Shown here: positions 33,705 through 41,185 of the stretch, piece by piece | Layout: the number at the start of each line of letters is the position of its first letter | Numbering within the stretch: position 1 is the stretch's first letter | Source of the DNA: a virus | Lineage: Duplodnaviria; Heunggongvirae; Uroviricota; Caudoviricetes | DNA: 41,185 bases | Strand: one strand, 5' to 3' | IMG/VR virus record: IMGVR_UViG_2859783438_000002 | The notes under the pieces: model-generated | What the model saw: the letters and a program-made list of their open reading frames with translations, nothing else | What the model was told of the DNA's origin: nothing | Database searches by the model: none | Translations under genes and position numbers: made by a program

Positions 33705-36700
33705 ATGGCAGTAAAGATTTCAGGTGTACTGAAAGACGGCACAGGAAAACCGGTACAGAACTGCACAATCCAGCTGAAAGCAAAACGTAACAGCACCACG
33801 GTGGTGGTGAACACGCTGGCCTCAGAAAATCCGGATGAAGCCGGGCGTTACAGCATGGACGTTGAGTACGGTCAGTACAGCGTTATTCTGTTGGTGGAAG
33901 GATTCCCGCCGTCACATGCCGGGACCATCACCGTGTATGAAGATTCCCGACCCGGTACGCTGAATGATTTTCTCGGTGCCATGACGGAGGATGATGCCCG
34001 TCCGGAGGCACTGCGCCGTTTTGAGCTGATGGTGGAAGAGGTGGCGCGTAACGCGTCCGCGGTGGCACAGAACACGGCAGCCGCGAAGAAATCAGCCAGC
34101 GATGCCAGCACATCAGCCCGTGAGGCGGCAACCCATGCGACTGATGCTGCAGATTCAGCACGTGCAGCCAGCACGTCAGCCGGACAGGCCGCTTCGTCGG
34201 CTCAGTCAGCGTCTTCCAGCGCAGGAACGGCATCAACAAAGGCCACTGAAGCCTCAAAAAGTGCTGCCGCTGCAGAGTCCTCAAAAAGCGCGGCGGCTAC
34301 CAGTGCCGGTGCGGCGAAAACGTTAGAAACGAATGCGGCAGCGTCACAACAATCAGCAGCCACTTCTGCATCCACCGCGACCACGAAAGCGTCAGAAGCT
34401 GCCACCTCAGCCCGGGATGCGTCGGCTTCAAAAGAGGCGGCAAAATCATCAGAAACGAACGCATCATCAAGCGCCAGTAGCGCAGCTTCCTCGGCGACGG
34501 CGGCTGCAAATTCTGCGAAGGCGGCCAAAACGTCCGAGACGAACGCCAGGTCTTCTGAAACGGCAGCGGGACAGAGTGCCTCAGCTGCGGCAGGCTCAAA
34601 AACAGCGGCTGCGTCGTCTGCCAGCGCCGCGTCAACAAGTGCCGGGCAGGCCTCAGCCAGTGCCACCGCCGCCGGAAAATCGGCAGAAAGCGCCGCATCA
34701 TCCGCTTCAACAGCCACAACGAAGGCTGGCGAAGCCACTGAGCAGGCCACGGCAGCAGCGAGGTCAGCTTCCGCAGCGAAGACATCCGAAACGAACGCGA
34801 AAGCGTCGGAAACCCGTGCAGAATCCTCAAAAACGGCTGCCGCATCGTCCGCCAGTTCGGCGGCGTCATCGGCATCATCGGCGTCTGCTTCAAAAGATGA
34901 GGCGACCAGACAGGCGTCAGCAGCGAAGGGCAGCGCCACGACGGCATCCACGAAGGCGACAGAGGCTGCTGGTAGTGCGACGGCAGCAGCTCAGAGCAAA
35001 AGTACGGCGGAATCTGCAGCAACGCGCGCTGAGACAGCGGCAAAACGGGCAGAGGATATTGCATCCGCCGTGGCGCTTGAGGATGCGAGCACGACGAAAA
35101 AGGGGATAGTACAGCTCAGTAGTGCGACTAACAGCACTTCCGAGTCACTGGCGGCAACACCAAAAGCCGTTAAGGCCGCGTATGACCTGGCTAACGGGAA
35201 ATACACCGCACAGGATGCAACGACAGCACAGAAAGGGATAATCCAGCTAAGCAGCGCGACCAACAGCACGTCTGAAACGCTGGCGGCAACGCCAAAGGCA
35301 GTAAAAGCAGCCAATGACAATGCTGAGAAACGTCTGCAGAAAGATCAGAACGGTGCGGATATCCCTGGCAAAGACACCTTTACGAAAAATATTGGTGCCT
35401 GCCGTGCCTTCGGTGGGTCAGTAAGCACAACAACAGGAAACTGGACGACTGCACAGTTTATCGAGTGGCTGGATTCTCAGGGAGCATTTAACCATCCATA
35501 CTGGATGTGCAAGGGTTCCTGGTCTTATGGCAATAATAAAATCATTACTGATACTGGCTGCGGTAATATTCATCTCGCCGGAGCTGTCATTGAAGTAATG
35601 GGGATAAAGTCAGCGATGACGATCCGCATTACCACTCCGACCACATCCAGCGGTGGCGGAACAACCAACGCCCAGTTTACCTATATTAATCACGGAACAG
35701 ATTATTCACCTGGCTGGCGAAGGGACTATAACTCCAGAAATAAGCCAACGGCATCAGAGATCGGGGCGCTACCGTCAGGTGGAACAGCAGTATCATCAGT
35801 TAATCTGGCTTCAAAAGGTCGGGTAGCCGCGCTGACAGACAATACGCAGGGGGCAGCAGGTCTTGAGTTATACGAGGTGTATAACAACGGATATCCAACA
35901 GCGTATGGAAATATCATTCACCTGAAAGGGATGACAGCCGTTGGCGAAGGTGAGTTACTCATCGGCTGGAGTGGTACAAGCGGTGCTCATGCTCCGGCAT
36001 TTATTCGTTCACGACGGGATACGACCGACGCAAACTGGTCGCCGTGGGCGCAGCTTTACACCTCGGCTCATCCTCCTGCAGAGTTTTATCCAGTCGGTGC
36101 ACCAATCCCGTGGCCATCAGATACCGTTCCGTCTGGTTATGCCCTGATGCAGGGGCAGACTTTTGACAAATCTGCTTACCCGAAACTTGCAGCCGCTTAT
36201 CCGTCAGGCGTGATCCCTGATATGCGTGGCTGGACGATTAAGGGCAAGCCCGCCAGTGGTCGTGCCGTATTGTCTCAGGAACAGGATGGCATTAAATCGC
36301 ACACCCACAGCGCCAGCGCATCCAGTACGGATTTGGGGACGAAAACCACATCGTCGTTTGATTACGGCACTAAATCCACGAATAACACCGGGGCGCATAC
36401 GCACAGTCTGAGCGGCTCTACAAGTTCAGCTGGGGCCCACCAACATAGTCAGACTGGGCCCAGAACGAATAGCGGGAGTCAACCTACTGGAATGTTTCCG
36501 GCAGGGAGTACTCAAGTTAGCGGGACTAATCAGGTTGGTATCAGTGGCTCATTAACCAGTGGCACCTCCCAATGGGTAGGTAAATCATCTTCAGAAGGAA
36601 ACCATACACACTCACTGTCCGGCACAGCAGCATCTGCGGGTGCACACGCGCATACTGTCGGTATTGGTGCTCATACGCACTCTGTTGCGATTGGTTCACA

Positions 36701-36788
36701 TGGACACACCATCACCGTTAACGCTGCTGGTAACGCGGAAAACACCGTCAAAAACATCGCATTTAACTATATTGTGAGGCTCGCATAA
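33705..36788 (+). CDS. stf: Side tail fibre protein Stf (about 1027 aa), with expanded Ala/Ser/Thr-rich repeat region and His-rich C-terminal domain
   Basis: N-terminus [26 protein letters not shown] and C-terminus ...[25 protein letters not shown] match lambda Stf; central region longer. Confidence 0.85.
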   Translation: MAVKISGVLKDGTGKPVQNCTIQLKAKRNSTTVVVNTLASENPDEAGRYSMDVEYGQYSVILLVEGFPPSHAGTITVYEDSRPGTLNDFLGAMTEDDARPEALRRFELMVEEVARNASAVAQNTAAAKKSASDASTSAREAATHATDAADSARAASTSAGQAASSAQSASSSAGTASTKATEASKSAAAAESSKSAAATSAGAAKTLETNAAASQQSAATSASTATTKASEAATSARDASASKEAAKSSETNASSSASSAASSATAAANSAKAAKTSETNARSSETAAGQSASAAAGSKTAAASSASAASTSAGQASASATAAGKSAESAASSASTATTKAGEATEQATAAARSASAAKTSETNAKASETRAESSKTAAASSASSAASSASSASASKDEATRQASAAKGSATTASTKATEAAGSATAAAQSKSTAESAATRAETAAKRAEDIASAVALEDASTTKKGIVQLSSATNSTSESLAATPKAVKAAYDLANGKYTAQDATTAQKGIIQLSSATNSTSETLAATPKAVKAANDNAEKRLQKDQNGADIPGKDTFTKNIGACRAFGGSVSTTTGNWTTAQFIEWLDSQGAFNHPYWMCKGSWSYGNNKIITDTGCGNIHLAGAVIEVMGIKSAMTIRITTPTTSSGGGTTNAQFTYINHGTDYSPGWRRDYNSRNKPTASEIGALPSGGTAVSSVNLASKGRVAALTDNTQGAAGLELYEVYNNGYPTAYGNIIHLKGMTAVGEGELLIGWSGTSGAHAPAFIRSRRDTTDANWSPWAQLYTSAHPPAEFYPVGAPIPWPSDTVPSGYALMQGQTFDKSAYPKLAAAYPSGVIPDMRGWTIKGKPASGRAVLSQEQDGIKSHTHSASASSTDLGTKTTSSFDYGTKSTNNTGAHTHSLSGSTSSAGAHQHSQTGPRTNSGSQPTGMFPAGSTQVSGTNQVGISGSLTSGTSQWVGKSSSEGNHTHSLSGTAASAGAHAHTVGIGAHTHSVAIGSHGHTITVNAAGNAENTVKNIAFNYIVRLA

Positions 36789-37368
36789 TGGCATTCAGAA
36801 TGAGTGAACAAGCACGGACCATAAAAATTTATAACCTGCTGGCCGGAACTAATGAATTTATTGGTGAAGGTGACGCATATATTCCGCCTCATACAGGTCT
36901 GCCTGCAAACAGTACCGATATTGCACCGCCAGATATTCCGGCTGGTTTCGTGGCTGTTTTCAACAGTGATGAGTCATCGTGGCATCTCGTTGAAGATCAT
37001 CGGGGTAAAACGGTTTATGACGTGGCTTCCGGCGACGCGTTATTTATTTCTGAACTCGGCTCATTACCGGAAAATGTCACCTGGTTATCCCCGGAAGGGG
37101 AGTTTCAGAAGTGGAACGGCACAGCTGGGTGAAGGATACGGAAGCAGAAAAACTGTTCCGGATCCGGGAGGCGGAAGAAACAAAAAACAGCCTGATGCAG
37201 GTAGCCAGTGAGCATATAGCGCCGCTTCAGGATGCTGTGGATCTGGAGATCGCAACGGAGAAAGAAACCTTGTTGCTGGAAGCCTGGAAAAAGTATCGGG
37301 TGTTGCTGAACCGTGTTGATACATCAACTGCACCGGATATTGAATGGCCAGTAGCACCTATAGGGTAA
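36788..37368 (+). pseudogene. tfa: Tail fibre assembly protein Tfa, frameshifted (1-nt deletion near 37125)
   Basis: ORF 36788-37132 matches lambda Tfa N-terminal part and ORF 37111-37368 the C-terminal part ([18 protein letters not shown]...) in another frame; GCTGGG where GCCTGGG is expected. Confidence 0.75.
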
Positions 37369-38117
37369 ATTCGTAATGATTACCTAAATACGTTATTCTT
37401 TTGTTAAAAAAGTGATTTTGCTATAGGTAGGGAGTATGTTCTTGGATTAAGAATAAAAAATCGCCATGAAAGAGCTTCATGGCGAGTACATAAACGTACA
37501 AAATGTGATGAAAGTAGAGTGGCGTAAGCCACTATATTAAGATATGACAATAGCGAAGAAAAGTAAATAACATTTTATGGACGTTTAATTGTTAATTATA
37601 AAAACTAGAGTGCCCGATATTGTTTATCTTGCTTTAAAATAATGTACTCAAACCAAATTTTTGAGCTAAAAGCTCAAATAATATAAATGCAATAATAATG
37701 TTTAATAAGACAATTAGCTTGCTTTGTATTTTCATTTCGGAATACTGTTAAGTAACTTTGATGACCCTAACAATAGATCGGAATTTTCTTAGAGTCAATG
37801 GTCACTGTTTTTGCTTGCAAAGCAAATGTTTTGGTGGTTATAAGTTGTCTTAATATAGTCACGCATGCAACTTGTTCCATGCGGAGATTAAAGATTGGAA
37901 TATAACGCGAAGATGGAATTAAATTACATTTGCAATAATCAATTTATTATTACTCAATAATTACCGATATTATTATTGTAAATTAATCATTAGAGTGCAA
38001 AAAGAAATGTAACGGCAAAATAAGAGGACGATAGCTGAGAAAAAAGCGTGCTTTCCCAATCTGGGGCAAATCACGTCTGAATGACACCTGAAAACAGGTG
38101 GTAGCCTCAAGAAGGCT

Positions 38118-38566
38118 GGTGATGCTGCCAACTTACTGATTTAGTGTATGATGGTGTTTTTGAGGTGCTCCAGTGGCTTCTGTTTCTATCAGCTGTCCCT
38201 CCTGTTCAGCTACTGACGGGGTGGTGCGTAACGGCAAAAGCACTGCCGGACATCAGCGCTATCTCTGCTCTCACTGCCGTAAAACATGGCAACTGCAGTT
38301 CACTTACACCGCTTCTCAACCCGGTACGCGTGGTGATATGGATGACGGATGGCTGGCCGCTGTATGAATCCCGCCTGAAGGGAAAGCTGCACGTAATCAG
38401 CAAGCGATATACGCAGCGAATTGAGCGGCATAACCTGAATCTGAGGCAGCACCTGGCACGGCTGGGACGGAAGTCGCTGTCGTTCTCAAAATCGGTGGAG
38501 CTGCATGACAAAGTCATCGGGCATTATCTGAACATAAAACACTATCAATAAGTTGGAGTCATTACC
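38118..38566 (+). mobile_element. insAB: IS1 copy lacking about 340 bp of its interior; no target-site duplication
   Basis: Both IS1 ends present (GGTGATGCTGCCAACTTACTGAT ... AAGTTGGAGTCATTACC); internal junction CCGGTACGC|GTGGTGATATGG. Confidence 0.8.
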
Positions 38567-38572
38567 AATTGG

Positions 38573-39324
38573 GTGGATGATATGGCAACTACATGTTCAG
38601 TTATATTGATTTTGGAGTCCTTTGATGTTTATTTCGGAAAAGAGAGTGTGTTTCTGGAGAGAGGTTCATCTGTACTTGTCGACTCTAGCTCTAGAGATTT
38701 TTTCCTGACATATCCTGAAAGAGTGATAGTGGCGGATTTTGGCGCTGAGTTTATTAGTCGCTATTTGAAAGCTAATAACTTAAGGGATATTTCTGATTGT
38801 AGGGAATATCCATCTTATTTAAAAATAAACTTTGCTGACTTCAGTTTAATTAAAGGATTAATTAGTTGGGCTAATCACTGTGCTGAATACATAGAAATTT
38901 TTGATGAGTCTATTGCTTTTACATGTCTCTCTGCATTTTCTTCTGAAAAACAATTTGGAGTATTTCTGTTTGGATGTTTGAAAAGCACAGGGCTAAAGTT
39001 AAAACGATTATTCATACGGATTTATCTGCACCATGGCGTCTTAAGGATATATCATCAAGATTATATCTCAGCGAAAGTTTACTAAAGATGAAATTGAAAG
39101 AAGAGGGGGTATCATTCAGTAAGATCATACTTGATGAGAGGATGCAAATGGCTGAATATTTACTCAGCACTCGTTGTTATCCTATTAGTAAAGTAGCTAA
39201 GGTCTGTGGTTATGCCAGTGTCTCATACTTTACTTATGTATTTAGACGTTATTTTGGTGTTTCTCCAAGTCAATACTCTCAGAGGAGTTCAGAAAGTAAA
39301 ATTCTTACTCACCAGGGAATCTGA
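38573..39324 (+). pseudogene. AraC/XylS-family transcriptional regulator (AppY-like position), split by a frameshift near 38975-38990
   Basis: N-terminal domain in ORF 38573-39085 and AraC-type HTH C-terminal domain in ORF 38974-39324 in a different frame. Confidence 0.6.
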
Positions 39325-39365
39325 TCATTGTTCTTGCCCCCTTATTTCCAGACAGGGGGTGTATC

Positions 39366-39835
39366 TTAAGTTAACGTTACCCGCTGACGTCGATATTCTC
39401 GCGGAGAGCGATAACCCAGCGCACTGTGCGGATGGTTTTCATTGTAATGTTCGATCGCCACTGCAAGATTATGCAATGCCGTTCTTACATTCGGTTTCGG
39501 CATGAACGCGATGTAGTCTTCCTTCATCGTTTTCACGAACCTTTCTGCCATTCCATTACTCTGAGGACTGCTGATTGCCGTTGTGCAGGGCTCCAGATTC
39601 AACTCTCTGGCGAACTGCCGTGTTTCATGCGCTCTATACGCTGAACCGTTATCTGTCAGCCACTGGATGGACTGTTCCGGTACTTTATCGCCAAAGCGTT
39701 TTTCTATCGCTCCTAACATGACATCCTGCACTGTCGCTTTATCGTAACCTCCCGTGCTTGCGGCCCAGTCTATGGCTTCACGATCGCAACAGTCCAGGGC
39801 GAACGTAACACGCAGTTTTGAATCGCCACGGGTTT
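39366..39835 (-). mobile_element. IS3-family (IS2-group-like) transposase OrfB C-terminal fragment
   Basis: Translation ...[22 protein letters not shown]...[17 protein letters not shown] integrase-core-like, similar to but distinct from IS2 InsD; truncated at 5' side. Confidence 0.65.
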
Positions 39836-39881
39836 AACAGACACCTCAGAGTCATTTAAGATGGCTTAAAGAGAGGTGCCC

Positions 39882-40027
39882 ATGAGCGGTAAGCGTTATC
39901 CCGAAGAGTTTAAAACTGAAGCAGTCAAACAGGTTGTTGATCGCGGTTATTCTGTTGCCAGCGTTGCAACACGTCTCGATATCACTACCCACAGCCTTTA
40001 TGCCTGGATAAAGAAGTACGGTCCGGA
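39882..40027 (+). mobile_element. IS3-family transposase OrfA N-terminal fragment, truncated where it abuts the intD 3' end
   Basis: MSGKRYPEEFKTEAVKQVVDRGYSVASVATRLDITTHSLYAWIKKYGPD, then loss of similarity at about 40027. Confidence 0.6.
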
Positions 40028-41185
40028 TTACTCCACTTTTTCATCAAGCCAATCCGCCCACCACTGCATCATTTCTCTGCGCTTATCGAGATACTGAGCA
40101 TGGTTGTAAATACCGCGCACAGATCCGCCGTTGGCATGTGCCAGCTGCACTTCAATAGCGTCAGCAGGCCATTCGTGCTCGTTCATAATCGTGCTGAATT
40201 CATGCCTGAATCCGTGACCGCTTTCCAGACCTTCATAGCCGATTTGTTTGATCACAAGCAATACCGCGTTCTCGCAGATTGGCTTCTTCTTATCGTTGCG
40301 CCCGGCAAAAACAAACTCTGAGACTGGTTTGGTGATTGAGCTTAGCGTAGTGAGAAGTTCAACCACCTGGTCTGACATCGGGACCACATGAATTTTGCGT
40401 CCCTTCATCACACTGGCGTCGATGGTGATAATCCTGTTTTCAAAATCGACGTTCTTCCATAGCATGGAACGAAGCTCTTTTGTTCTTAGGGCTGTGTAGC
40501 GTAAAACTTTGGTCGCAATGAGCGATACGATACTTCCTGAAAATGTTGCCAGTGCTTTGTTGAATGCAGGCATCTGGTCTGCTGGAAGGAACGGGAAGTT
40601 CTTCTTGCGGTATCCTTTCATGGCGTCTGCAAGGTCAGGTGCCGGGTTATATTTAGCCCTTCCGGTGACAATAGCGTAACGAAAAACCTCGCCGCATCTT
40701 CTGCGGGCTTTGTTGGCTCGCTCCATTGCACCGCGATCTTCAAATCTGCGGATTACTTCCAGCAGTTGCATCGGCTCAATATCCTGAATCTCAAGACCGC
40801 CGATGATGGGTAAAATGTCGTCATCAAACATTTTGGCAAGTTCAGTTGCATAGCCTACTGACCAGACTTGCTTCTTGTGCTCGTACCATTCCTTGTAAAT
40901 CGCACTAAATGAATTGTTGTTAGACGAAGCCTTTTTCGCCTTTACCGGAACGATGCCAACCGAGATGTCTTTCCTCGCAGTCCATGCCTTATCCCTTGCT
41001 TCCTGCAAAGTCATAAGCGGATATTTTCCGACGGTCAGGATTTTCTCCTTACCGTCAATCTTGTAGCGAAGCTGCCATACCTTTTTCCCGGATACAGGAA
41101 CATAAAGGTACAGGCCATTACCATCGAGAAGGCGGTATGGTTTTTCTTTCGGCTTTGCTGCTTCAATCTGCTTAACGGTGAGCAT
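40028..41185 (-). CDS. intD: Tyrosine integrase, DLP12 IntD-like (start codon at window end)
   Basis: Matches recalled IntD (MLTVKQIEAAKPKEKPYRLLDGNGLYLYVP...); C-terminal catalytic-domain residues present. Confidence 0.85.
   Translation of the reverse strand: MLTVKQIEAAKPKEKPYRLLDGNGLYLYVPVSGKKVWQLRYKIDGKEKILTVGKYPLMTLQEARDKAWTARKDISVGIVPVKAKKASSNNNSFSAIYKEWYEHKKQVWSVGYATELAKMFDDDILPIIGGLEIQDIEPMQLLEVIRRFEDRGAMERANKARRRCGEVFRYAIVTGRAKYNPAPDLADAMKGYRKKNFPFLPADQMPAFNKALATFSGSIVSLIATKVLRYTALRTKELRSMLWKNVDFENRIITIDASVMKGRKIHVVPMSDQVVELLTTLSSITKPVSEFVFAGRNDKKKPICENAVLLVIKQIGYEGLESGHGFRHEFSTIMNEHEWPADAIEVQLAHANGGSVRGIYNHAQYLDKRREMMQWWADWLDEKVE

Noticed and set aside
34202-35320. Several long overlapping ORFs in alternate and antisense frames within the stf repeat region
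   Set aside because: Artefacts of the Ala/Ser-rich repetitive coding sequence, which lacks stop codons in multiple frames.

Overview
Mosaic E. coli/Shigella-type accessory region: a degraded lambdoid prophage flanked by IS elements and island remnants. No tools were run; all protein identities are from recall of known sequences and motifs, and coordinates are hand-counted. Left 3.4 kb: the torI end of an argW-integrated KplE1/CPS-53-like element (TorI-like excisionase, argW 3'-end att copy), then a sucrose (csc) locus remnant with cscB intact and cscK cut down to its last ~20 codons by IS1. 3.4-4.2 kb: IS1 with a 100-N scaffold gap. 4.35-5.15 kb: an AT-rich, translationally coupled two-gene cassette I cannot assign to any family; this is my best candidate for an undescribed accessory or defence module. 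5.4-37.4 kb: lambdoid prophage in vegetative gene order. It carries a DLP12/phage-21-type nin region (ybcN, ninE, ybcO, rusA, ylcG), Q antiterminator, porin nmpC, an IS1 insertion, a pinholin/SAR-endolysin/Rz/Rz1 lysis cassette, a KilA-N gene pair, IS2, ybcV-ylcI, cos, and a complete lambda-type morphogenesis module (Nu1 through J), then a repeat-preceded small ORF, lom, stf and tfa. The prophage looks cryptic: portal gene B and tfa are frameshifted and lom has an internal deletion. Right end: a deleted IS1, a frameshifted AraC-family regulator, IS3-family transposase fragments and the DLP12-type integrase intD. Three 100-N gaps and collapsed IS copies mean IS interiors are unreliable. No rRNA, intact tRNA or CRISPR array was seen.
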